Positions 26,454 to 38,164 of a stretch of 47,988 nt of DNA are shown here, one piece after another. Source of the DNA: Salisapilia sapeloensis CBS 127946 (Eukaryota > Protista > Oomycota); NCBI GenBank assembly GCA_023334545.1, contig JAADVB010000144.1, forward strand, positions 1-47,988. Direction: 5' to 3'. The translations under genes and the position numbers were made by a program. Numbering within the stretch: the stretch's first letter is position 1; each line of letters opens with the position of its first letter. Under the pieces are notes generated by a model. It searched no databases, had not been told where the DNA came from, and was given only the letters and a program-made list of their open reading frames with translations.

Positions 26454-27491
26454 ATGCTCGCGAATGAGTTTGGATACCACCACGGCTACGACAACAACGG
26501 GCAGCAGCCACCGCAGCCTCAACCGGGAGGAAACGGCGAAAGGAAACTTTTTTCTCTCGATCAGCAGCAGCAACACCACGCGCAAATGCAGCCAGGTCTG
26601 CCGCATCACGGAATGCATGACTTCCAGCACATGGCGGCGCATCACCACGGTCTCCCCGCCCCGCCTCACGCGCAACATCATGCCCAATCTTTTGAGCATG
26701 AACCGCTCATGATGGGCATGCAAGGAGGCCATTTCTACGGCCCTCCTCAAATCGGGTCGCAAATGCTGCATGTGTCCACGGACTACAATTCGAATGTCCA
26801 GTCGAGCAACAGTGGCAGCGGCAACAAGTCGCCGTCTGTTGGATCGAAACGATCTCGAGAAGAATTGAATTTGAAGGAAAAGAAGCGCATGTTTAAACTG
26901 AACAACCGGATTAATGAGCTGAAGGCTTTGCTGGATGAAGCTGGTGTCCAGAGCAAGAAGAACAAGCAATCGATCCTTGATAACACGTTCCACTACATTA
27001 GCATGCTGCAAAGCAATCTCGTGATTGCCAAGCAAAAAGCGGAACGTGCTGAGAAAGATGCCGAAGGACTACGTTCGCGCGACGCCGGGTCATCGTCGTC
27101 GCTCTACGAAGTCTGCTTCCAGCAGAGCTCGACGCCAAAGCTCGTGGTTGACTTCCAAATGCAACCGTTGGCGCACAACAGTGCGTTCGAACGGCATTCG
27201 GGTCTCGCGGTCGGGCAAATGTCGCCTGAAAACATTCGATCCGCCATTTGCAAGGACAAATCCAAGATGGAGGCAGTTATGAAAAAGCTACGGACGACGC
27301 GCCAGCCAGTGTACGAGACGCTCGAGGTGGAAGGTGGTAAGAAAGCGACGATCTTTGCGTCTCCCATCGTCGACGGCAACGGCAACGCTTCGAGCATCGA
27401 CATCTCTTTCTTCCCCGTGTCCGACACGGAGGATACTAGTAGTGAAAAGAGCGACACGAGTCCGTCTGCCGTGGGCGAGTTGGCTGTGTAG
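26454..27491 (+). CDS. bHLH transcription factor with Q/H-rich N-terminus and PAS-like C-terminal region
   Basis: KRSREELNLKEKKRMFKLNNRINELKALL...KKNKQSILDNTFHYISML is a bHLH. FQQSSTPKLVVD...NSAFERHSG resembles the start of a PAS fold. GC-rich codon usage. Confidence 0.85.
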   Translation: MLANEFGYHHGYDNNGQQPPQPQPGGNGERKLFSLDQQQQHHAQMQPGLPHHGMHDFQHMAAHHHGLPAPPHAQHHAQSFEHEPLMMGMQGGHFYGPPQIGSQMLHVSTDYNSNVQSSNSGSGNKSPSVGSKRSREELNLKEKKRMFKLNNRINELKALLDEAGVQSKKNKQSILDNTFHYISMLQSNLVIAKQKAERAEKDAEGLRSRDAGSSSSLYEVCFQQSSTPKLVVDFQMQPLAHNSAFERHSGLAVGQMSPENIRSAICKDKSKMEAVMKKLRTTRQPVYETLEVEGGKKATIFASPIVDGNGNASSIDISFFPVSDTEDTSSEKSDTSPSAVGELAV

Positions 27492-27759
27492 GGTCTGGTC
27501 GATTTTGGCGTCTAGTTTTCCATTTTCGTTTCTCTCGGAGCCGCCCTTGCCCATTCAAGGAGTGCATTTCCAATTCGGAAAGAAGCGCGGCTGTAAAATA
27601 TATCCCGAGACGCGTGCATTCCCGCCTCTTTTCATTGTTGGAGATGAACTCGAATAAAAAAAGCTTTTGCGACTATTGTGCTGCCTTGTTTCTCATCTGT
27701 TGCATCGAGGTCCATGTGGACGAAAGGAAGAAGGAAGGAGCGTGGCAGATGGTCGTCAA

Positions 27760-28427
27760 TTAATCTACTTTGGATCGGAGCAAGTTGTCCACATAGCTTG
27801 AAGGTTGGTGAGTAACTGTGTACGCAACGTCTTGAACGGCACGCCAGGTGGCACCGAGGATACCCCATGCCTGTGGTTGAGCCAGTTCTTCGAATGCTTC
27901 GATCGGATCGTCCGTCTCGGTCATCGAATCATGAACAGCCATTTCGACTTCCCGATGGCGTCGACGCTGAGCTTGTACGAGCTCCCACTGTCGATTTTCC
28001 AACTGGATCTTCGTCTACTGAATAGCATTAGCGTAGGTACATAATGTCGAGCGAGTTCAAGTACCTTGGCAACGACGAGACCGAGGAGACTGCCAACGGT
28101 CATGGCTGGTAAAATGAGTAAGAAGCCAACGAAAGGCTGGGCGAGAGCGACGAAAGCAATCATGCCGACTGCCCAACCAGATACGGCACCTACCATGCCA
28201 AAGAAGAGAGATAGGAAGAGCAAACGACTGCATAAACGCTTTTCCCAAACACGCAACTCGCGTTCTTCCGTCGCTTTTGCTTCTGCATGCATTCTCATTC
28301 GTTCTGCTGTTAGTGCACGACGCTCTAGAGTAGATTCAATCTGTTCCTTCTCTTCTTCCCATTTTCGCTGAAGCTCCTTGTTCACGGCCAACGCAGCATC
28401 TCGCTGCGCTAGGAGCTCTTCCTCCAT
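27760..28427 (-). CDS. Hypothetical coiled-coil protein with two adjacent transmembrane helices (intron 28015-28064)
   Basis: Hydrophobic LLFLSLFFGMVGAVSGWAVGMIAF and FVGFLLILPAMTVGSLLGLVVA. A 50-nt GT..AG intron with a GCTAAT branch site joins the two ORF-track fragments in frame. Confidence 0.7.
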
Positions 28428-28507
28428 AGTCGTGCGTTATACAATACCACTCGAAAGTTATATAATGACACATATTATCACACGAAAGCGGACAACAAGA
28501 CGCGAAA

Positions 28508-30878
28508 ATGGCCGAGGTGGCAGGATGTACCGTGTATTGGCCAGTTGCGTCTTCGTTTCGCATGCGAGACGGATGTAAAGTTGTGGGAAGGCAGTTGAGC
28601 GACCGGACATTTTGTGTGCTGGATGTGGTGAAGGATACTGGTAATGGTATACTCGCTTCATGTGTATCAGACTATTAAAGGACTGATTGGTATGGTTATA
28701 TGTCTAGATACGGATTGCAAAGGGCAATTAGATATCCTAGGTAGCTGCTATCATATATCTCGAGATCATGATACTTCAGAAACGCATCGTAAAGACTCGA
28801 CAACAGTATCACTGGAGGTGATTGTAGAGTCAAAGGAAGCCACATGGCCATGTCGAGTGCGTCTTGTCAAAGGAGACTCTGTACTGCAGGAAGCATGCAT
28901 CTTGGTAGCATTTAAAAGAGAAAAACATGCTATTCAGGCTCTGGTACAAGGAACTAAGAATGCACAGCGAGAATCGGTGTTTACTGCCCCAATCCGTGCC
29001 GTAAGTTCGAACCTTGAAATATTGTCAGTAGCCCATTCTTGATGCGAACAACTTGTGTAGATATATGATAGCTACCGAGAAGTACAAGCTGCTCAAGAGG
29101 AAAAGTCTCAGTCTTCTAGTCGGGGTAGTTTATTCTGTTTACTCGTATCATCTTCAGAAGCTAACGTGCATGCATCTAGCTTCTGCTTTCATAGCTGGAC
29201 AGGTTGGATACTATGGTCTCTTTCTTCCCTTCCACGTTTTTAGTCTAGTTGCAAAAGCCTTGTGCTTGCTTTTGGCATTGGAACTACCATCGTTCATTCC
29301 GTTTGTTGCCGGCAAAAGATTGATGGTAGCTACTTTATCTTTACTACACCTACATGCTCATTCATTACCGTTTTGCCTTTACAGGCCTGCTCTCAAACTC
29401 TCTCTTTATGGCACTGGAAATTAAACACAGTCGCAACAGCTCCGGACCGTCTACGAGCTTGGCATCAGGTCCGACAACAGCGATCACTGCTGCAACACGA
29501 AGGTGCCACGTAGCATATTTTCCACATGCAATTTTCAACTAATCATTAGATTTATACAGTGACAGACATGTTATGTACCTTGGATGACGTTCTTTTTGTG
29601 CTTGTGGACTTTTTCATCGGCTACTTTACAGCCACCTATCTCTTCCCGGTCGTCCACTCCTACTTGACTACAGTTTCCATGTATAATCCACAAGATGCAA
29701 TGCAAAAGATAAAGGGTATTCATTCCAAAAATAGAACTCCACAGTCGTACTTCGGTACACTTCAATCCTATGTGCAATGGCTCATGGACGTCCCTGCTGG
29801 CTTTAAGGTACGACCAATCAATCCACACTACGATAGCAATGTCTGATACAATTTCCATACAGCTTAATCGTCCACTGGCATCCGTTTTGGGTAATGGTAT
29901 CTTGATGTGGCTTGAGCTTTGGCGAAATGTGTACAACCACATCTTCACTATGTGTCAAAGCATCTCTTGTGGCAATAATAAGGTCGTTGACCTTTTGATC
30001 ATGACAAGTGGATTGACACTACAGCTATCTGCTGTGTTCGATGGGCTCGTCGCTGTTACGTGGAACTCATATTGGATCTTCCTCTACTTTGCCAAGTTAA
30101 ACACAGTCCAATTTGGGCTTTTACGATCGCTTTGGCAGCTCTTTCTTGGACGCAAAGTGAACGTCTTGCGACATCGAGTGGACTCGTGCGAGTATGACGT
30201 TGGACAGGTAGGACATACTCGATATCAGATTGGTATAATATACTAATTCTGTTTTGGATAGCTACTACTAGGAACGTTGCTATTCACGATACTGACGTTC
30301 CTCTTGATGACCACGATGATCTTCTTTACTTTCTTTGGATCGATACGACTCGCGCTTTTCGCACTGACGTCTGTGCTCTGGACTCCAATCGTCATCTTGC
30401 GGTCAGTACCACTAGCCACTGTCATGTATAGGCTTCTCTCTCCAGAAACGTTCGCAGTGGATGTAAAGATGGTGAAGCTACATGACATGGATGCCTTTAC
30501 CAAGCAGCTAGTCTTGAAAGACGTTGGTGTAAGCAGACAAGAAGAACGTCATGACTCATCATTGCGACATCAACTCCAGACGTACCACCAAGATGCGATG
30601 CAACCAAACGATTGGGACCCACCAAGACTACAACTATCACCAGTCGCATCTCCCTTCCCTTTCTGCTTTCTAAGGTATCTTTCAAGATAAACTGCTGGAC
30701 GTATTTATTGTGACATGGATCGGATAGAGCATCCAAGTACGCGGCCACACTACGACAGCATTATCGCCTTTCCAACTTTTTCTCGTCCTGGATTTTTGGT
30801 GACTGTCCATCGAGCATACCATATTCATCTCTCTTTCCTTGCCACGTCCAGTCTATCGTCAAAGATAAGAAGGATTAA
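28508..30878 (+). CDS. PIGQ: GPI-GlcNAc transferase subunit PIG-Q/Gpi1, many short introns
   Basis: Spliced WLMDVPAGFK|LN and LWQLFLGRKVNVLRHRVDSCEYDVGQ|LLLGTLLFTIL are Gpi1 hallmarks. N-terminal VYWP...VVG exon starts at 28508; last exon ends at TAA 30876-30878. Internal exon boundaries only partly resolved. Confidence 0.9.
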
Positions 30879-31021
30879 ATCTATCCTTCGTTTCAAGATC
30901 GTTATATCATGTTTATACCAACCGGTGCGATCAGTTTCCCACAAAAATCCACGTACACTAGATAACAATCGATTTGTATACGCTTCAGACTTTTGTGGAC
31001 ACGTGCGGCACTCCCCTCTAT

Positions 31022-31035
31022 TCATTTCGTGATTT
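31022..31035 (+). promoter_or_regulatory. Oomycete INR+FPR core promoter element
   Basis: TCATTTC-GTG-ATTT is a full match to TCATTYBNNNWTTY, ending 23 nt upstream of the desaturase ATG. Confidence 0.75.
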
Positions 31036-31058
31036 GAACACCTTCGTCCTGATCGGCT

Positions 31059-32185
31059 ATGAGTGACTCGACACAAGTGCGTCGTCGCAGGGACGACCTG
31101 GATGCTGTGCCGGATGAGCTCCCTTCCATCCCAGAGAACAATGACCATCCACCATTCCAATGGAGTGAAGTCGTCTGGTACAATGTCATCATCCTCGCAT
31201 CATGGCACCTCGGAGCGCTCTACTCTCTTTTCTTTGTCATGCCATCCTGCACTTGGACACAATTAGCTGTGTTATGGGTCTTCTTCTGGGTCATCTCCGG
31301 CCTAGGCATCACTGCCGGTGCCCATCGTCTTTGGTCTCATAAATCCTACAAGGCGACACTCCCATTACGCTTCGTCCTCATGTTATGGAACGCCATGGCT
31401 TTCCAAGGCTCGATCTTTGAATGGTCTCGCGACCATCGCGTACATCATAAGAACTCGGATACGACTGCCGACCCGCATGACTCTGGTCGTGGCTTCTTCT
31501 TTGCCCACATGGGCTGGGTCATGGTCCGCAAGCACCCCAACGTACGTTACAGATTCCCATGCCAGCAGAGCGTATGTACTGACCATTACTCTTATAGGTT
31601 CGTAAAGAAGGCAAGAAGATCAGCTATGATGATCTACTAGCAGATCCAGTCGTTCATATGCAAAAAGCTCATTACATGAAATTCGTTCTACTCATGTGCT
31701 ACGTCATGCCGACGATTGTTGGACATCTCCTTGGCAGCGCGTGGGCTGGATTCTGGGTCGGTGGCATCTTCCGTCACGTCTGGGTCCTCCACATGACGTG
31801 GATGGTGAACAGCGTCGCCCACTTCTTCGGCTACAAGCCATACGACCCGAAGATCAAGCCTGTGGAGAATATTTGGGTGAGCATTGGTGCCATCGGTGAA
31901 GGGTACCACAACTACCATCACAAGTACCCGACGGACTATGCTACGAGCGAGTGGGGTCTCACGTCCGGTCAATTTAACCCGACGAAGCTATTCATCGACA
32001 CGTGTGCCTCCTTGGGTCTCGCGTACGATCTCAAGAAGAGTCGTACGGCAGCGATGACACGTGAAAAAGTGGCGATGGCGAGACGAGAGCAAGAGATTAA
32101 ACAAGGTCTGGAAGGTGGCAACTCATGGCTCGAACGTGTCGCTGCTCAACTCTTCTTTGGTCGTAGTGAAGAAGAGCTGTTTTAA
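31059..32185 (+). CDS. SCD: Delta-9 acyl-CoA desaturase, stand-alone (no fused cytochrome b5); intron 31542-31597
   Basis: Histidine boxes HRLWSH, HRVHH and HNYHH, plus GITAGA, DPHDSGRGFFFAHMGW, VNSVAH and NPTKLFID. Confidence 0.95.
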
Positions 32186-32220
32186 ATGTTGTCAATACAA
32201 AACCTTTCATTCGAATCTAC

Positions 32221-33834
32221 TTAGGACGATCCGCTTGACATGGATGTACGTGGATCACCATGAATATGATTGCATCGACCACATTTCTTCGAAAATGCTT
32301 TACTGACATAATGCTGGCATCCACAGCAGATGCAATGGACTTCCCATGCGGCTTGTTTCTTCATCTGAATTTGCTGATCGAATGCCGCGACGCCTTCCAT
32401 CGCGTTATCAATCGCATCGTAGAGACACTTGGCAGCATTCGGACGCGGCACTTGGCCTGTCAGGATGTCCTTGGGGGTGAGTTGCTGGCCGTAGAACTTG
32501 GCATTCGTATCCTGACGGCATTTGATGATCGCACCGGATAACGAAATACCGAGGTACAGACCTCGACTGTGGGAGTAGCTCAGATTCGCGTTGAAGCCAC
32601 CTTTCCCAGCTCCAGCCTGAGCACTTGCGTCTCGACCGTACGGTCCGACGGCGACGCTGAGTCCGCCACCGACGTTCACTTGCGTCCGATGGAAGACTTG
32701 CAGCGCGCCTTGGGATCCAAGGATGATCATGAACTCGACGATCTCTCCACCGGCTTCAAAGCCGCCACCGAGACCAGCGGTGCCGATAGCAGATGGAGCT
32801 GACCAGGTACCGTCGTCTAGTTTGCCGATGACAATGCCAGTGCCGACTTTCGCTGTTACAAGGAAGCCGGCTTTCACGACGGTGAGGAAGACAAGGCCCT
32901 GTGCCTTTCGTAGGAAGGACACAGGGATCTGTCTATCACTATCGGCACCGTACTCGTGTCCAAAGAAGTTGCTCAGGATGTCTGCAGCCGTCCGGCATTC
33001 CTTCTCGAGCGTACTCGAGTATGGCATGTGGAACCTCGCTCGTGCTTGATGCGGATTATCTTTATGGCAATTCGCAAATTCAGAATTAAGAGACGTTTGA
33101 TATGGTTCTAGAGCTGGAGCACAGAGTGTACAGACTCTTTGCGGATGTCCAGGAGCATAGTCTTTCGTTGAAATAGCGAGTTGATCTGGTGGCACGAGCA
33201 TACGGATGGGAGAGCATGTATTGCAGACGCTCGAGCCACACTTTCGACACGTGTGTCGGCGATTCTTCATCTCGAACTCGGCACCACAGATCGAGCAATT
33301 GGGACTGTCTGCGTACCTGTTCATGGACATTCTGGAAGAAGGTTTCGCGTCCAGTACGTCCTGCTGACTATCGAAAGTCGTTGCATTCGATGCGATGGAA
33401 GCATTGTCCTGTTGGCTACTGTATTTCCGATGTGCTTTCAATAATTTTTTCCGCTTACGTTCGTCCGGAATGAGTCGAACGAGCTGCGGGAGCATCGCAG
33501 CAAGCATGGAACGACTGCCAAAGTAGTTTTCTAGATGATGATAGAACGTCTTGGCTTTTAGTTCTCCTTGTCCATACTGCTTACAGTCTTGCTTAAAGGC
33601 CGATAGCTTCTCCTGATCGTTCGGGTGCACGCTTTTCACGGTCGCGATCATCCGTTTATATATCGCACCTGCCTCGTCCCCCGTCGCGGCATTTGGGATG
33701 TCGATTTTCTCCTTTGGTTTTTCGGACGTAGTACTAGTCTCCTGTTTCTTGCGTTTAATACTCGCGCCACACTCGGGACAGAAGCGGACGGATGATTCCG
33801 GCCGATGGCCGCACTCTTTACATGACTTTGGCAT
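32221..33834 (-). CDS. Zinc-ribbon + FYVE + SYLF/Ysc84 (SH3YL1-like) protein
   Basis: CKEC..FCPECG; FYVE-type CSIC..RRHTCRKCG..VCNTCS..RVCTLC; SYLF segment KAGFLVTAKVGTGIVIGKL..WSAPSAIG..YSHSRGLYLGISLSG..NAKFYG; C-terminal Cys/His cluster. Confidence 0.9.
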   Translation of the reverse strand: MPKSCKECGHRPESSVRFCPECGASIKRKKQETSTTSEKPKEKIDIPNAATGDEAGAIYKRMIATVKSVHPNDQEKLSAFKQDCKQYGQGELKAKTFYHHLENYFGSRSMLAAMLPQLVRLIPDERKRKKLLKAHRKYSSQQDNASIASNATTFDSQQDVLDAKPSSRMSMNRYADSPNCSICGAEFEMKNRRHTCRKCGSSVCNTCSPIRMLVPPDQLAISTKDYAPGHPQRVCTLCAPALEPYQTSLNSEFANCHKDNPHQARARFHMPYSSTLEKECRTAADILSNFFGHEYGADSDRQIPVSFLRKAQGLVFLTVVKAGFLVTAKVGTGIVIGKLDDGTWSAPSAIGTAGLGGGFEAGGEIVEFMIILGSQGALQVFHRTQVNVGGGLSVAVGPYGRDASAQAGAGKGGFNANLSYSHSRGLYLGISLSGAIIKCRQDTNAKFYGQQLTPKDILTGQVPRPNAAKCLYDAIDNAMEGVAAFDQQIQMKKQAAWEVHCICCGCQHYVSKAFSKKCGRCNHIHGDPRTSMSSGSS

Positions 33835-33898
33835 CCTTCCGTCCGTTTATGGATGAGAAGCGAAAAACGGTAGTAAACTATCCAGAGCATTTCCTAAC

Positions 33899-34652
<754 letters not shown>

Positions 34653-34731
34653 CGACAAAGAGGAACAAGACAAAGGCAAAACGAGAGCAAGACGTTCATG
34701 GCTAGAGTTACTGATAAAAAGAGATAGATGA

Positions 34732-36536
34732 TCAAGATACGTTCGGATGGGTGCGTGCAGTAGCACTTTGTCGGTAGCTAGCATACCCTGGTGGTCGTCG
34801 TTGTCCGATCTGATGGTCATTAATCTCTTTATTAAGCCACGTGATGACCTGTTGGTTGGACGCCAAGAGTTTCTGTCCTTCCTCCAGCTTCTCTGTCAAT
34901 TCCTGCACCTTGTCCTGAAGACGCCCTATCTCTTCATCTTTCTTACTTACTTCCTCCTTTTTCGCTTTCACCTCCTTTTCTTTCGCTTCAACCTCGAATT
35001 GTTTGCCGTCCATTAATTGCTCCTGGTGCTTCATGATCTTAATCTTCTGCTTCATCTTGACCTTTAGACTCTGATTCTCCGTATGAATACGTTCGATAAT
35101 GTCATTGCCCTATATGCTACATGAGTATGACATCGAGTACATGTACTAGATCGCTCTACCTTGTTGATTTCAGAGATACTGAGCTCGAGTTTCTGCTGGA
35201 GACGTTGATGGTTGTCGCGATAGACCTTGAGCGACTCTTCTACCTCCTCATTATGTCGTCGAGCTGCTTGTAGCAAGTCACTCGTCTTATCGATCACCTC
35301 CTCTTTATCCGTCACCTGCTGCTCCAACGCTGCTACTTGTACTTGGAGCTGATGGATCTGTTTCTCCTGATGGAAGCAACGTTCATCTAGTGTCTTATTC
35401 TCCTTTTGCAACTCACTCGAATTCTTCTTCCGTTCGTCTCTTTCCGCTGAAAGCTCTTGGACTTGAGCTTGGAGCTGATCGACTTTCATCTCGCTCTGGT
35501 ACTTGGCTTGTGTCAAGTCCTGGAGCTTGGAAGCTTGCTCTTCAATCGTCTTGCGTAGAGGACTCATCTCGTTTTCATATTTTTCAGTGATACTCTCGAG
35601 CTTATTGCTGAGCTCTGTCTCTCGTTCACGTAAGATCTTCGCTGCCTGTTCTCGTTGTTTATTCATCTCTTCGCCATAGTACACTCGTTCCTTGGATAGC
35701 TCGGTCTCGGATTGGTGTCGAAGAGCTTCTAACTCGTCATTTACTTGCTCTGCATGCGACTTGGTGTATTCCAAGTCACTGGAAGTTGTTCGGAGAGTAG
35801 ATGCGAGCGAGTTCTTTTCTGCATTCACTTGTGCTAATCGTGCTGCCAAGTACGCTTTGATGGCAGCGTCATTGCCTGGTGCGAAAGGGAGGGAGAGGTG
35901 GGTCAATTGCTTGAATTGATTCGTCTCTACGATACTAAAGATGCATTCGCCTCGCTTGTCACATGTATTCAAGACAGCTAGGTAGCTATAGATCTATGAG
36001 TACGATACGTCTGGAAGAAAGGATGGTGGGACGTACCTAAGAGGAGACGGTCCTTGCGACCGGCTAGCGTGATGACTGACTTCTAATCGATTAGGAGGAT
36101 CATTTTCACTCTCTTCTGTGTCTTTACTAGCTCTGTTCATGTTATGCCGTTCACTGTCTTTCAGGCAGCAGTCGAGGAGATCGATGAGGTTGGATGGGAA
36201 AGACGCAAAGTCCACGAGTAGGCGCTGTTGTGCCTTTAATTCATGGAATTGTTCCTCCGAGACACTCCATAGGTACAAGAAATACGGATCCACTCCATCA
36301 TCATCCGTCACTTCCACACGTAGAACTCGTTCTCGCTGACTTTTGCCACTCGATTGCTATCATCATTCATATTAAGTGAAAACAATCCTTTCTAGTGTCC
36401 CACATATGAAACATACGCGAACACCATTTAACACACGTATCGTCAGCTGTGTCAACTTCTCTTCTCGATCCGGATATTGCACCAAGACGTTTAATCGACG
36501 GTCAAAGAGCGGCGCCTCGCGCTCCAATTGCTCCAT
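34732..36536 (-). CDS. SAS6: Centriole cartwheel protein SAS-6, multi-exon
   Basis: Head domain VDPYFLY..SEEQFHELKAQQRLLVDFASFP and FSIVETNQFKQLTHLSL..GND..IK.YLA, a long coiled coil, and NQQVITWLNKEIN. The 3' end is approximate. Confidence 0.92.
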
Positions 36537-36662
36537 CTTGGATAATTCGAATGCAGCTTGTCGGCGCGTTTTTCCGTGCAACCTTCGAGACACATTCGTG
36601 TAACCTAACCGTTATATAAGAGCCAGGGAGAAGAAAGCGACCAGTTTAGCCAGTCCTCGATC

Positions 36663-38141
36663 ATGTCGAGTGTCGAGCCGCATGGACGGCGGTTGGAGTG
36701 TTTCCGACCGCTCGAACGATATCATATGAACTCGGAGCCACTCGATGTTGATGCTCCGTTAGCGTGTGACTGCCACCCGGAACAAGTATTCGAATGCGTG
36801 TTCGCGCCTGCTCAAGATCCATCTGCGTCTGACCTCGTGCTTCTCCATGACAATTACGTCCAACGTCTAGTTAAATGGGGCGAAAAGTATAAGACGAAAG
36901 ACTGGTCTTCACCTCGTGTGTGTCAGAAATGGCGAGAAAATCAATTGAAGTTCCATTTGGAGACCGAGACGAGTGCGACCACGAGTGACGAAGACGATGA
37001 CGTCGATGTGCCGTGGGGCGCGCCACCATTATCGAATAACGTGAAACTAGCGTTTAATAACTTTGCCAGTGCTGCTGAAGCACTCTATACGAGTCGTCAA
37101 TTCGATGCTTTGCTACGTTCCGGCGTCCCACCGCCGCTACGAGGACAAGTATGGTACATGTGCAGCGGTGGCCAGTCGAAACGGGAGACGAGCCCGACGT
37201 CGTATTGTGAGTACTTGACTCAAGAGGTGGCAGATGTGACTCTCCAGGAGATTGAGAAAGATCTACCGCGGACGTTTCCACATCATGACTCGAAGCACGA
37301 GCTACGTCGTCGGAATCTTGAAGAGCTACGACGTATCCTCCAGGCCTACAGCGTTCGGAATCCATCCATCGGGTACTGCCAGAGCATGAATTTTCTCGCT
37401 GCTGTCCTCTTGCATCACATGCGTGAGGAAGAAGCATTCTGGGTCCTCTGCTGTGTCGTGGAAGACCTTCTCCCAGGTTTCCACACACGTAGCATGGCCG
37501 GGAGTCGAGCGGAGCAACGTGTCTTTGCTCAGCTCGTCCGCCAAAAGCTACCGACGTTGTACGCCCACTTGCAACACTTGCATGTGGACGTCGAACCGTT
37601 TACGCTCAAGTGGTTTCTTTGTCTTTTTCTCAATACGCTTCCGTTTGAACCTGTCTTGCGTCTCTGGGATGTCTTCTTCTGTGAAGGCAGCCACGTCCTC
37701 CTGCGCATGGGTCTCGTGCTCTTGAAACTACGAGAGCCATGGATCCTCGCGTGTGAAGAGAGCGTCGATGTGTATGAACTCTTGCGCTTTCCACACGCTG
37801 CGCTCTTGGAGATGACAAAGCCGTATCGAGCGAGGATCTTGTCTAAGGACGAGTGTGTGTGTGATACGCTGCTACGTCTAGCCATGGACCGTACATTCGT
37901 TGGTGGCATCGCATTCGATTGTCTGCATGAACTCCGGAGCTTTCATCGTTTGGCGATTGAAGCGGAGTTTGCAGAAGAGGAAGAAGCGAGGAAGATGAAG
38001 GACGGGTCGGATACTGAATATGACTTTGTCGATGAGTATGAGGGTGATATGTCTCCATCGAAAGTCATTCGTTTCCAAGAAATGTCCGGCCAAGATGACT
38101 ACTTTGTCAACGTCCGATGCGATCGACTGGAGTACATGTAA
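36663..38141 (+). CDS. TBC-domain Rab GTPase-activating protein
   Basis: GVPPPLRGQVW, IEKDLPRT (Arg finger), GYCQSMNFLAA (Gln finger), EEEAFW and WFLCLF..LP...LRLWD. Confidence 0.93.
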   Translation: MSSVEPHGRRLECFRPLERYHMNSEPLDVDAPLACDCHPEQVFECVFAPAQDPSASDLVLLHDNYVQRLVKWGEKYKTKDWSSPRVCQKWRENQLKFHLETETSATTSDEDDDVDVPWGAPPLSNNVKLAFNNFASAAEALYTSRQFDALLRSGVPPPLRGQVWYMCSGGQSKRETSPTSYCEYLTQEVADVTLQEIEKDLPRTFPHHDSKHELRRRNLEELRRILQAYSVRNPSIGYCQSMNFLAAVLLHHMREEEAFWVLCCVVEDLLPGFHTRSMAGSRAEQRVFAQLVRQKLPTLYAHLQHLHVDVEPFTLKWFLCLFLNTLPFEPVLRLWDVFFCEGSHVLLRMGLVLLKLREPWILACEESVDVYELLRFPHAALLEMTKPYRARILSKDECVCDTLLRLAMDRTFVGGIAFDCLHELRSFHRLAIEAEFAEEEEARKMKDGSDTEYDFVDEYEGDMSPSKVIRFQEMSGQDDYFVNVRCDRLEYM

Positions 38142-38164
38142 AACGGATAATAGCAAGCACGAAT

